Below are positions 1 to 11,521 of a DNA stretch of 64,000 nt, piece after piece. The notes beneath the pieces were generated by a model, which saw only the letters and a list, made by a program, of their open reading frames with translations, made no database searches and had not been told where the DNA came from. Location of the stretch: NCBI RefSeq assembly GCF_004010195.1, contig NC_057719.1:24405465-24469464 (forward strand), read 5' to 3'. Source of the stretch: Chiloscyllium plagiosum. Its lineage: Eukaryota. The translations under genes were made by a program, and so were the position numbers. Positions within the stretch are counted from its first letter, which is position 1. Every line of letters starts with the position of its first letter.

Positions 1-196
1 CATAATTACACCAGCACCACTCCCCACCTCTTTCTCCGCTACATTGATGACTGCATTGGCGCCACCTCGTGCTCCCGCGAGGAGGTTGAGCAATTCATCA
101 ACTTCACCAACACATTCCACCCTGACCTTAAATTTACCTGGACCATCTCCATCTCCATTAATGACGACCGACTTGACACCGACATTTTTTACAAAC

Positions 197-1054
197 NNNN
201 NNNNNNNNNNNNNNNNNNNNNNNNNNNNNNNNNNNNNNNNNNNNNNNNNNNNNNNNNNNNNNNNNNNNNNNNNNNNNNNNNNNNNNNNNNNNNNNNNNNN
301 NNNNNNNNNNNNNNNNNNNNNNNNNNNNNNNNNNNNNNNNNNNNNNNNNNNNNNNNNNNNNNNNNNNNNNNNNNNNNNNNNNNNNNNNNNNNNNNNNNNN
401 NNNNNNNNNNNNNNNNNNNNNNNNNNNNNNNNNNNNNNNNNNNNNNNNNNNNNNNNNNNNNNNNNNNNNNNNNNNNNNNNNNNNNNNNNNNNNNNNNNNN
501 NNNNNNNNNNNNNNNNNNNNNNNNNNNNNNNNNNNNNNNNNNNNNNNNNNNNNNNNNNNNNNNNNNNNNNNNNNNNNNNNNNNNNNNNNNNNNNNNNNNN
601 NNNNNNNNNNNNNNNNNNNNNNNNNNNNNNNNNNNNNNNNNNNNNNNNNNNNNNNNNNNNNNNNNNNNNNNNNNNNNNNNNNNNNNNNNNNNNNNNNNNN
701 NNNNNNNNNNNNNNNNNNNNNNNNNNNNNNNNNNNNNNNNNNNNNNNNNNNNNNNNNNNNNNNNNNNNNNNNNNNNNNNNNNNNNNNNNNNNNNNNNNNN
801 NNNNNNNNNNNNNNNNNNNNNNNNNNNNNNNNNNNNNNNNNNNNNNNNNNNNNNNNNNNNNNNNNNNNNNNNNNNNNNNNNNNNNNNNNNNNNNNNNNNN
901 NNNNNNNNNNNNNNNNNNNNNNNNNNNNNNNNNNNNNNNNNNNNNNNNNNNNNNNNNNNNNNNNNNNNNNNNNNNNNNNNNNNNNNNNNNNNNNNNNNNN
1001 NNNNNNNNNNNNNNNNNNNNNNNNNNNNNNNNNNNNNNNNNNNNNNNNNNNNNN
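197..1054. other. Assembly gap (858 N)
   Basis: Run of N. The X-rich ORFs across it are artefacts. Confidence 1.
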
Positions 1055-1114
1055 TTCTCCCCACCCCCACACTCCTCTAGTTTATCTCTCCACCCTTTAG
1101 GCTCTCTGTCTTTA

Positions 1115-1148
1115 TTCCTGATGAAGGGCTTTTGCCCGAAACGTCGAT
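1115..1148 (+). ncRNA. Minimal type I hammerhead ribozyme (PLE family 1)
   Basis: CTGATGA (1118-1124), stem II GGGC-TTTT-GCCC, then GAA-ACGT-C with palindromic ACGT in place of stem III. Predicted GUC cleavage after 1145. Stem I is short. Confidence 0.75.
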
Positions 1149-1204
1149 TTTACTGCTAAACCTCGGATGCTGCCTGAACTGCTGTGCTCTTCCAGCACCA
1201 GTAA

Positions 1205-1937
1205 TCCAGAAAGCAAGGGAATACCCAATCAACAGGAGGGTATTGAGAGGACCAAAGAACGCATGTCCACACATTAATGAAAGTGGTAAGCAGGTAGATA
1301 AAGTGGTAAAGAAAACTATACGGGATACTTTCCTGCATTGTCTGAAATATTGAGTACAAGTACAGTTAAGTAATGTTGAATCTATATAAGAGACTTGTTA
1401 GGCCGTAACTGGAGTTTAATTTACAGCTCAGGTCACCACATTACAGGAAGAACATAATTGTTTGAGATAAAGTACAGTGATGATTAACAAAAATATTTCC
1501 CGGGCATAAATTGCAGATATGAGGAACGATTGGGTCAGCTGGGGTTGTTTTCCTCAGAACAGAGGAGGATGAGGATGTACAAAATACTGAGGAACATGGA
1601 TAGAGTAGACAGGAAATATTTGTTACCCCAAGCAGAAAGGTCTATCACAGGGATCACAGTATTTACGGTGTTTGGGAGAAGGATTAGAGGGGAAAATGAG
1701 GAGTAACATTTCACCCAGAGGCTCATGGATATCTGGAATTCACTGCCCAATTTGGTGGTTGAGGTAGAAATTCTCAACTCATTTAAAGGAATCTTGATCT
1801 GTCCCTGAAGTGCGGTATCTTGCAAAACTATGGACTGGGTGCGAATAAGTGGGATTAGATTGGTGACTAGTTTATTCAGCCAGTCTGACATGTTGGGAAG
1901 AATGGCTGCTTTCTATGTGTAACCTTTCCATAGTTCT
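1205..1937 (+). mobile_element. Old CR1 LINE 3' fragment
   Basis: QVDKVVKK motif and degenerate similarity to the ORF2 C-terminus and 3'UTR of younger CR1 copies in the window. Confidence 0.75.
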
Positions 1938-2029
1938 TTGTTTTTTGTTGCACCTATTTGTGCTATCCTTGATTGTATGGCTAGTATTTGTACATCTTTT
2001 TAATATCACATTGCTGTTTATAGTGAGCA

Positions 2030-2165
2030 TGTTGGCTGCCTACATTACAACAGTGATTACATGGAAGTGATTACATGAGTGATTAAAGGTACTCATTGGT
2101 TATGAAACATTTGAGATATCTGATGGTTGTGATCGTTGCCATATGTAAATGCAAAGCTCTCTTTT
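2030..2165 (+). mobile_element. Deu-domain SINE (SacSINE1/AmnSINE1-like) 3' tail
   Basis: CCTACATTACAACAGTGA...CATTGGTTATGAAACATTTGAGA...TAAATGCAAAG resembles the recalled L2-derived DeuSINE tail. Confidence 0.55.
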
Positions 2166-2274
2166 TTTAATATCTAGGAAATAGTGGAAAACAGCTATGG
2201 GGAACGTGGCCATCCTGCAGTTTGCAAGAGTTCAGTTACAAAAACTTTGAATATAAAATAAGAATGAAACAGAA

Positions 2275-2770
2275 TGTACAAACCTATGAATCAGGCGCAG
2301 GAGTATGTTATTGAGGAAGGTGGTGGCCTAGTAGTATTGTAATTGGACTGTTAACACAGAGACCCTGGTAATGTTCTAGGGACCGAGCTTCAAATCCTGC
2401 CATGGAAGATGGTGGAATTTGAATTCAGTGGAAGTCTGGAATTAGGAGTCTAACAATGACCATTAAACCATTGCTGATTGTCAGGAAAAACCCACCTGAT
2501 TCGCTAACGCCCTTTAGGGAAGGAAATCTGTTGTGACTCCAGACCACAGCAATGTGGTTTGATTCTTAACTGCCCTCTGGGCAATAAATGCAGGCTTGGC
2601 CAGCGATGCTGTCATCCTGTGAATGAAAAAAAACCCCTTGGAAACTGCTCTGCCATTTGATAAGATTATCTGATTGTAACCTCAAATCCAAATTCCTGCC
2701 TATCCCAATAACCTTTCAACCCTGTCTTTTAACAAGAGACTATTTAACTCTACCTTTAAAATATTCAGCT
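2275..2770 (-). mobile_element. Old CR1 3'UTR fragment interrupted by a SINE
   Basis: Reverse-complement CR1 tail sequence lies on both sides of the 2317-2633 insertion. Confidence 0.55.
2317..2633 (+). mobile_element. tRNA-derived SINE (not HE1) with a LINE-shared tail
   Basis: A-box-like GTGGCCTAGTAG and B-box-like GCTTCAAATCC. The 3' end GGCAATAAATGC..GCCAGCGATG..CATCC..GAATGAAAAA matches the LINE tail at 31826-31888. Confidence 0.75.
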
Positions 2771-2810
2771 TTTCAAGAAGAAATTTCCAATGAATCTCCG
2801 GGAGAAGATA

Positions 2811-2958
2811 TTTTGCCTTCATCAGGAATTCCTGATGAAGGGCTTATGCTTGAAATGTCGATTCTCCTGCTCTTTGGATGCTGCCTGACCTGCTGTGCTT
2901 TTCCAGTTCCACACTTTTTGACTCTGATCTCCAGCATCTGCAGTCCTCACTTTTTCCA
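2811..2958 (+). mobile_element. Short PLE family 1 end with a fold-back palindrome and decayed hammerhead
   Basis: Perfect 26-bp palindrome CCTTCATCAGGAATTCCTGATGAAGG (2816-2841); CTGATGA..GAAATGTC core; tail CTCCAGCATCTGCAGTCCTCACTTT. Confidence 0.8.
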
Positions 2959-5044
2959 GGCCTCTGTCAAACCCATAACAATTGACACAGACAAAAAAAC
3001 GTAAGATTCAGCCCATAATCTATTTAGTCGGAAAATTTTCATGAACATTTCAAAACCAAAGACCTCATCATCAAAGGATGAATTTCAATTCCAAAAAATT
3101 TCTTGTTTTGTGTGGACGCAGGCCGTCATATTCCATCAAATCGGAGTTCCTTCCATTCAGTTACTCAGTGTGATTTGATTTAGGTTGGTGGTTTTGATTC
3201 AATTAGTTCCACTAGGTCACTGATGTTTGCCAAATAATTGGAGTTTTTAAAAATATTCTCCCTGAAATTGTCTTTCAACAATATGGTGGCTTTTCATGGG
3301 AGAAGAAGAGGTTAAACTTTATTTTTTTTCCAAAAAAGAGTTTGCAATGAACAATTTGAACTCAAAATTGCATGCTGGTTGTTGTATATTTTAAACAATG
3401 AATTATTTTTCTTACATGTATCAATCACAGAGAAAAATAGACATGCTCTTATTTACCATGAAAGGAGACATTTCACATAAAGTAGAATAAAGCTAAACTG
3501 CTATTGACAATCTGCAATGCACTTTTGAACATTAGTCATTTACTATTTATCATGTGGCTACATAGCTTATATGGGGTTACATTGTTATTATGGGTTTCAC
3601 TAACTAGACCCCTTCGCTCCCTTGAAGAAAACAAAAACAGAGCCAAAAGCAAGAAGATCCAACTCGCAGTGAGGGAGGTTCACCTAGCATGATGAATGGG
3701 TGAAACTTACAACATCTATTTACCCTTTACACAGCGACTGGTGTTATCCACAATACATGATTCTCCATTAACTGATGATTAAGGCATTCCAAATATGGAT
3801 ATATATCTGGAAGAATTTGGCCTAATTCAATCCAAGAGAACACACAATGCTGTGTGACTGGGCTTTTTTCCAGAGCATCCAGACAAGGCATACTACAAAG
3901 ACAGGGCAGCATCAAATCACTTCACACAAACAGAAACCGAGAGTTAAAAAAAACAAGCTTTAGAAGTGGGAAAACAAGTAGATAATGATAAAAGTGATTC
4001 AGTAGTCACAGACATCTTTTATTGGGAGTACGTATTTTTAAATAGCTGCATGATAGTCTAATGTTATGTTTATTATTATTTTCACTGTATTTACACATAA
4101 TGCATTGAACTTTAACCAAGGCAGTGCATGTGTTTAGAAGGTAGCAGTACCACAACACTAATGATGTCGAATATAATTCAGATTAAACCACCTATAGCTG
4201 CTGTGGTCCAATATATAAAAGTGAATGGCAGATAAAAAGATTCTGCATGACAATAGCTGCCTATAAAGGGCTGAAAGCCTAAAGTGTGTGAGAGCTCAGT
4301 GGTAAGACGAATGAATTAGGATCCTTAACGCTGACAATGTAAAGATAATTCCAGTGCTCATCAGAATAAGATGCTTCAGTCCTGACTGACAGTACCATAA
4401 ATGTCTCATTCATCAGCTTCAACAAACCTGTCACATCTGGATTCCAGTAATCCTAACTATTTTTCTGACAAATTGATGAGCTTTATGTTTAATACTCCTC
4501 TTTTTATAGAAAGAAGTGTAAGTGGCCAATACATGATGTGATGTACTTTGTTATCCAAATGTTTCGAGTCACATTTTGCTTAACTTGCAGTTAGCATCAT
4601 TCAGATAGTTGATGAGGTACTCATAGAGATGACATGTTTTATACAAATGAAGAAGGAAACAGTATAATCATAGATTGGTTGGTTAAGCCATAAATGACAG
4701 AATTTCCATTAAGAAACAATGTTACTACTGATATTTCGACTCAGCATTGTTACTGTTCCACATTTCACCTTATTTTAATATCAATTCTGGTAATAGCATC
4801 TATCATGCAAAAAGTATCTCAGGGTTGGGGGGAGGAACATCCTTGGGCAAGTACGAGGTCATTGACTACAACCGAGTAGTATAGAAATGTCAGGAATAAG
4901 GGCAGAAGTAAGCCATTTGGTCCCTTCAGCCTTCTCAAATATTCAAGTAAATGATCACTTATCTTCTACATTGAAGCCGTAACTCCCTCATTATCTCTTC
5001 ATGTCTTTAATATTTAGAAATCTAATAATTTTTGGCTTGAACAT

Positions 5045-5787
5045 TGTCTTGCCTCGTAGGACTAGTGCACTGGGAATCAAGCCCGACTGTTCCTGGAGTA
5101 ATCACAGAAGTTAAGACATTTTATTAATGTAGGAAAAGTCCCCACTTCACCTGTCAGACAGAAAATATTGACTAGGTTTTCGTACTTAAGAAGAACTATT
5201 TATTACAAATTAATATATTCTAACTACAGGTAAACAATTGTGACTTGTCAGCAGATTTCTCCAGTAGTTAAAGTTTTAAACCCCTTCTAGACCTCCTCTG
5301 CACATACTTATGATTAGACACAAACAGACAGTAATAGTGTTATCGGTTGAGAGGAAAAAATATAATGGGGAGATAGCTCAGCAGTATCAGTCCTTATGAT
5401 CCAATGGAGTGATCCTTTAGTTTACCAAGTTCTTCAGTTCTCTGACCATTCCTTCAGATTTTCTCTACTTCTTCATAAGCATAGAGCAACTGGTTCACAA
5501 ATTGTCAAGTCTTCAACTTATTGGTTAAAAGTTACAGTTTACAATTTGGGCAAGAGAATAAATTGGCTTTCTACAAACTTCAGGTATTTTACCATAGAGA
5601 AAGACTCACCATCTGCCATTCCAACAGTCTGAAGGCTGCTACACATATCATTCACACTCACAAACTGTTCAGCTACCCTGGAACCAATGAGATAGATGTT
5701 GTCTGGCTAATGGCATTTAACATTCATGACTGCTGATGATTGCTCAAAACAATTAACTGAGTTTCTGGCTGAATCTCACTTTGCACA
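5045..5787. mobile_element. Unclassified insertion, possible solo LTR
   Basis: Begins TG and ends CA, flanked by AACAT/CACAT, and interrupts CR1 sequence. No coding evidence. Confidence 0.3.
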
Positions 5788-6261
5788 CACATCCCAGAAC
5801 CTATGCCATCTCATGTTTTAATGAGGTCATCTCTCACAATTCTTAACTCCAGAGAATATTGGCTCAGTCTCCTCAATCTCTCATCAAAGGACAGGCCAAA
5901 TCATAATTAAGCATGGTGAACCATTGTTGTACTTCCTTTATGGTCAGTAAATCACTCTGTAAATAAGGAGACTAAAATTGTGCACTATACTCTAAGTAAG
6001 GTCTCACCAAGCTCCAAACGATTGCGGTAGGATACCTTTACACCTGTACTCATATTCTCTAGAAATAAAGGTTAACAAACCATTTTCCTTCCTAACTGCA
6101 TGCAAGACAAGTATGTTAAGTTTCAGTGACTCAAGAACAAAGATATCCAGGTCCCTTTGGACATCAACATTTTTCAATCTCTCACCTTAAATATTCTGTG
6201 TTCTTTCACACAACTCACATTGCCACTGAGTTTTGTATCATCAGCAAACTTGGACTTACTA

Positions 6262-8076
6262 CAGTCACAGAGGCAGAGAGATGTGCAGCATGGAAACAGA
6301 CCCTTCGGTCTAACTTGTCCATGTCGACCAGATATCCCAACCTAATCGAGTCCCATTTGCCAGCATTTGGCCCATATCCCTGTAAACCCTTCATATTTAT
6401 ATACCTATCCAGATACCTTTTAACTGTTGCAATTGTACCAGCCTCCACCACTTCCTCTGGCTGCTCATTCATACGCACACCACCCTCTGCGTGAGAAAGT
6501 TACCCCTGAGGTCCCTTTTATATCTTTCCCCTTTCACCCTAAACCTCTAGTTCTGGACTCCCCGACCCCAGGGAAAAGACTTTCTCTATTTATCCTATCC
6601 ATGCCCCTCATGATTTTATAAACCCCTATGAGGTCGCCCCTCAGTCTTTGACGGTCCAGGGAAAACAGCCCCAGCCTATTTAGCCTCATATCCTCCAACC
6701 CTAGCAACATCCCTGTAAATCTTTTCTGAACCATTTCAAGTTTCACAACATCCTTCCGATAGGAAGGAGACCAGAATTGCATGCAATATTCCAACAGTGG
6801 CCTAACCAATGTCCTGTACAGCTGCAACATGACCTCCGAACTCCTGTACTCAATACTCTGACAATAAAGGAAAGCATACCAAATGCCTTCTTCACTATCC
6901 TATCTACCTACAACTCTACTTTCAAGGAGATATGAACTTGCACTCCAAGGTCTCTTTGTTCAGCAACACTCCTGAGGACCTTACCATTAAGTATATAAGT
7001 CTTGCTAAGATTTGCTTTCACAAAATGCAGCACCTCGCATTTATCTAAATTAAACTCGATCTGCCTCTTCTCAGCCCATTGGACCAACTGATCAAGATCC
7101 CCTTGTAATCTGAGGTAAGCTTCTTCGCTGTCCACTACACCTCCAATTTTGGTGTCGTCTGCAAACTTACTAACTGTACCTCTTATACTCGCATCCAAAT
7201 CATTTATATAAATGACAAAAAGTAGAGGACTCAGCACCGATCCTTGTGGCACTCCACTGTTCACAGTCCTCCAGTCTGAAAAACCACTCTCCGCCACCCT
7301 CTGCCTTCTACCTTCGAGCCAGTTCTGTATCTTAATGGCTAGTTCTGCCTGTATTCCATGAGATCTAACCTTTCTAACCAGTTTCCCATGGGGACCCTTG
7401 TTGAATGCCTTACGGAAGTCCATATAGATCATGTCCACTGCTCTGCCCCTCATCAATCTCCTTTGTTACTTTTTCAAAAAAACTCAATCAAGTTCGTGAG
7501 ACATGATTTCCCACTCACAAAGCCATGTTGACTATTCCACATCAGTCCTTGCCTTTTTAAATATATGTAAATCCTGTCCCTCAGGATTCCCTCCAACAAC
7601 TTGCTCACCACCGAGGTCAGGCTCACCGGTCTATAGTTCCTTGGCTTGTCCTTACCACCTTTCTTAAATAATTGTACCACATTAGCCAACCTCCAGTCTT
7701 CCGGCACCTCACCTGTGACTATCGATGATACAAATATCTCAGCAAGAGGCCCAGCAATCACTTCTCTAGCTTCCCACAGAGTTCTCGGGTACACCTGACC
7801 AGGTGCTAGGGATTTATCTGCCTGTATGCATTTCAAGACATCCAGCACTTCTTCCTTTGTAATATGGACATTTTTCAAGATGTCACCATCTATTTCCCCA
7901 CATTCTATATCTTCCATGTCCTTTTCCACAGTAAACACCGATGCAAAATACTTGTTTCATATCTCCCCCATCTCCTGTGGCTCCACAGAAAGGCTGTTTC
8001 TGATCTTTGAGGGGCCCTATTCGCTATCTAGTTACCCTTTTGTCCTTAATGTATTTGTAAAAACCCTTTGGATTCT
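6262..8076 (-). mobile_element. Younger CR1 LINE, 5'-truncated (RT and C-terminus, disrupted)
   Basis: ORFs contain NYRPVSLTS, QHGF..KSCLTNLIEFF, SGVPQGSVL, KFADDTK and LYRTLVRPLLEYC. CR1 tail at 6262-6330. Confidence 0.95.
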
Positions 8077-8456
8077 GTCTCCATATCCAAATTATTTCTC
8101 TAGATTGCGAATAGCTGGGGCCAAGCACTGATCCTTGTGAAGCACTGGGGCCAAGCACTAATCAACTGATCATCCCACTTGCCACAGCCTACCAATATAG
8201 GAATGACCTTTTTATTCCTACCGTCTGTCTTCTGCCTGTTAACCTATTCTTAATCCATGCCAGTGGATACCCAATCCCATGTGATCTAATTTTTGTGTAC
8301 CAGCCTGTGAGTCTGTGGGATCTTATCAAAAGGTTTATTGAAATTATACAATAAACAATAAAAAATTACATGTTAGAGATAATTTTTAATTGAAAACGCT
8401 TGTGAGCAACATTAGCATCTAAAATTCACATGCCTCTGGAATTTCCCTCTGACTTT

Positions 8457-8630
8457 TGCACCTAACACTATGGCCAATTTACTTGACCTGCACATCTTTG
8501 GACCATGGGAGGAAACCCATGCAGACACGGGGAGAATGTGCAAATTCCACACAGTCATTTGAGGCTGGAATCGAACGTGGGCCCCTGGTGATATGAGGCA
8601 GCAGTGCTAACCACTGAGCCACCGTGCTGC
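8457..8630 (-). mobile_element. HE1-type V-SINE, partial
   Basis: Reverse complement of the tRNA head GCACGGTGGCTCAGTGGTTAGCACTGCTGCCTCA and V core GCACATTCTCCCCGTGTCTGC. Confidence 0.85.
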
Positions 8631-9047
8631 ATATTCGGCATATTTTGGTGCCTAAAATATAAAGGCTTGATAAAAGCTACTGTGTACATTACTATAGCTG
8701 AATTATTATTTAAGACCTGTACTATGTATATTTGTGAAAAGTCTGCATCTATATCCAACTTTATGAATGTTGCACAGTAAGTATTAGTTTATGTTGAATA
8801 TCCTCATGATACCTGTCACCATAAACCTTTACCTTTTCAACAAAAAACAATATTGATATTTGAAAACATTAGCTGAAAACACTACTGATCTTTGTATTCA
8901 TGTATTGTTGTGCAAAATAATGTCTTATTAATAACTTTGCACCTTAAAATACAAAGAGATCAGAGAATGAAAAGAATAGCATTGGGCTCAATGCATTCTT
9001 ACAAATTACCACTGAATGCCAACATGTTCAAAGTTGAAGATGTCAGT

Positions 9048-10335
9048 ATAGAACATAGAACTTAGAAAAGTACAGCACGGAATAGGCCTTTTGGCCCACG
9101 ATGTTGTGCCGAGGATTATTCTAATCTAAAATAAAATAACCTAACCTACGTACCCCTCAATTCACTGCTGTCCATGTGCATGTCCAGCAGTCTCTTAAAT
9201 GTGATCACCACAGCTAACAATGCATTCCATGCATTCACAGCTCTCTGCGTAAAGAACCTACCTCTGAGGTCTCCTCTATACCTTCCTCCTAACATCTTCA
9301 AACTATGACCCCTCGTGCCAATCAATCCTACCCTGGGGAAAAATCTCTGGCTATTGAATCTATCCATTCCTTTCATCACCTTGTATACCTTGATCAGCTC
9401 ACATCTCTTCCTCCTTCTCTTCAGTGATAAAAGTCTGAGTTTAGTCAACCTCTCTTCGTAAGACAAGCCCTCCAGTCCAGGCAACATCCTGGTAAACTTC
9501 CTTGCACCCTCTCCAAACCTCCCTATCTTTCCTATAACAGGGTGACCAAAACTGGACACAATATTCCAAGTGTGGACTCATCAGGGTCTTATAGAGCTGC
9601 AGCAAAACCTCATTGCTCTTAAACTCGATCCCACTGTTAATGAAAGCCAAAACACCATATGCTTTCTTTACAACCCTATCCACTTGGATGGCAACTTTGA
9701 GGGATCTATGCAGTTGAACACCAAGATCCCTCTTTTCCTCCACACTGCCAAGAATCCTGTCTTTAATCCTACATTCAGCACTCAAGTTCGACCTTCCAAA
9801 ATGCATTACTTTGCATTTATCCAGGTTGAACTTCATCTGCCATTTCTCAGCCCAGCTCTGCATCCTGTCTATGTCACGCTGCAGCCTGCAATAACCCTCA
9901 ACAGTATCATCAGCACCTCCAACCGTTGTGTCATCGGCACATTTACTAACCCACCCCACAACCTCCTCATCCAAGTCATTTATAAAAACTACAAAGAGCA
10001 GAGGCCCAAGAACAAAGCCCTGCGAGACCCCACTCAACACTGACCTCCAGGCAGAATGCTTTCCATCTACAACCACTCTCTGCCTTCTGTCAGCCAACCA
10101 ATTCTGAATTCAGACAGCCAAACCTCCCTGTATCCCATACCTCCTGACTTTATGAATGAGCCTACCTTGGGGATCAAATGCCTTGCAGAAGTCCATATAC
10201 ACCACATCCATGACTCGACCTTTATCGACCTGTCTCGTCACCTCCTCAAAGAACTCAATAAGATTTGTGAGGCATGACCTGCCCCTCACAAAGCCATGCT
10301 GATTGCCTTTACTCACTCTATGCTTTTCCAAATAG
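9048..10335 (-). mobile_element. CR1 LINE 3' part, same subfamily as 50257-54497
   Basis: QHGFVRGRSCLTNLIEFFEEV, VLGPLLFVVFINDLD, ADD; ORF ends MHMDSSELRG; TTCTA(T/A)G tail repeats. Confidence 0.95.
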
Positions 10336-10948
10336 TATATGTCGCAGCAAGGAGGACAGCCAGTGCTGTAATACTCTTGCCTATCTATAAGATGATAAGT
10401 TGTATGTGCAGTGGTAGGCTATTCAGCCCATTGAATCTACTCTACCACTCAATGTCATTGTGGATGATCTGATGGTCATCAACTCCACTTTCCTGCCTTT
10501 TTCCCATAACCCTTAGTTCCCTTACTGATTAAACGTCTGTCTGCCTCAGCCTTGGATATACTGATCAATGAACTTCAACAGCCCTCTGCAGTAAAGAATT
10601 CCAGGAATTTGCTAAACTCTGAGAGGAAACATTCTTCCTCATCTCTGTTTTAAATATTCAACTCCTTATTCTGAGTTTGTGCAGTCTAGTCCTGGACTCT
10701 CTCACAAGGGACAACAAACATTCCACATCTACCCTGTCATGTCCCCTAAGAATTTCATGTGTTTCAATAAGATTGCCTCTCATTCTTCCAGATTCCAATG
10801 AGTACAGGCCCAAACAGTCAACCTCACCTCATAAAATAAAATAATCTCTCCATACATGGACTGCAAAATCTCCTCCGGACTGCCTTGAATGCTTGGGTTC
10901 CTTAGATAAGGAACCCAAAACTGTTCACCGAGCTGTGGTCTGACTAGT

Positions 10949-11151
10949 CAAAATGTGTGCTTCTGGAAAAGCACAGCAGGACAGGCAGCATCCAGGAGCA
11001 GGAGAGTCAACGTTTTGGGCATAAGCCCTTCACCTTATGCCTTAAATGTCGACTCTCCTGCTCTTTGGATGCTGCCTGACCAGCTGTGCTTTTCCAGTGC
11101 CACACTTTTCGACTCTGACTCTCCAGCATCTGCAGTCCTCACTTTCTCTCA
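10949..11151 (+). mobile_element. Short fold-back PLE family 1 insertion with TSD
   Basis: Inverted arms ~10954-11025 and 11033-11105. Flanks GTGGTCTGACTAGT (10935-10948) and GTGGTCTGAATGGT (11152-11165) are 12/14 identical. Confidence 0.85.
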
Positions 11152-11453
11152 GTGGTCTGAATGGTGCTTTATGTAGTGTTAGCAAAACCTTGCTACTTTT
11201 ATACACCATTCCCTTTGAAATAAAGGGCAACATTCCATTTGCCTTTCCTATTATCCACTGAATTTAAAAGCTAGCTTTCTGTGATTCATGGACAAAGCTA
11301 TCCACGTCCCTCTGTTCTGTGGCTTTCTGCAGTCCTTCTCCTTTTAAATAATATTCAGCTCCTTTATTCTCCATTCATAGCCTCACAGTTTCCCATATCA
11401 AATCCAGTCTGTAAGGTTTTTGCCCATTCACTTAACCTGTCTACATTCCTCTG

Positions 11454-11521
11454 CAGACTCTTTATGTCATCCTCCCCAGACTCTTTATGTCATCCTCCCC
11501 AGACTCTTTGTGTCATCCTCC
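11454..11521. repeat. 23-bp tandem repeat x3 inside CR1
   Basis: CAGACTCTTTRTGTCATCCTCCC at 11454, 11477 and 11500. Confidence 0.95.

Larger units (their letters stand above)
1..1201 (+). mobile_element. Penelope-like element (family 1) spanning the assembly gap: RT fragment plus 3' pseudo-LTR
   Basis: Frame 1 reads TTPHLFLRYIDDCIGATSCSREEVEQFINFTNTFHPDLKFTWTIS, a PLE-type RT motif. After the gap, the C/T-rich end, hammerhead core and GATGCTGCCTGA..GCTGTGCT..TCCAGCA tail match other PLE ends in the window. Confidence 0.8.
4880..8345 (-). mobile_element. Old CR1 fragment split by later insertions (pieces ~4880-5044, 5790-6260, 8077-8345)
   Basis: Reverse-complement CR1 3'UTR and RT (TCATCAGCAAACTT = KFADD). 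The sequence resumes in register after the younger CR1. Confidence 0.65.

Noticed and set aside
44..1159. Long ORFs (371, 304 and 293 aa) in the track
   Set aside because: They read through the N gap and are artefacts.
8114..8163. Direct repeat CTGGGGCCAAGCACT x2
   Set aside because: Local ~30-bp duplication inside an old CR1; only two units with no unique spacers, so not CRISPR-like.
11454..11521. 23-bp x3 repeat as a CRISPR or regulatory array
   Set aside because: Head-to-tail with no spacers, inside a CR1 in a vertebrate genome; slippage.
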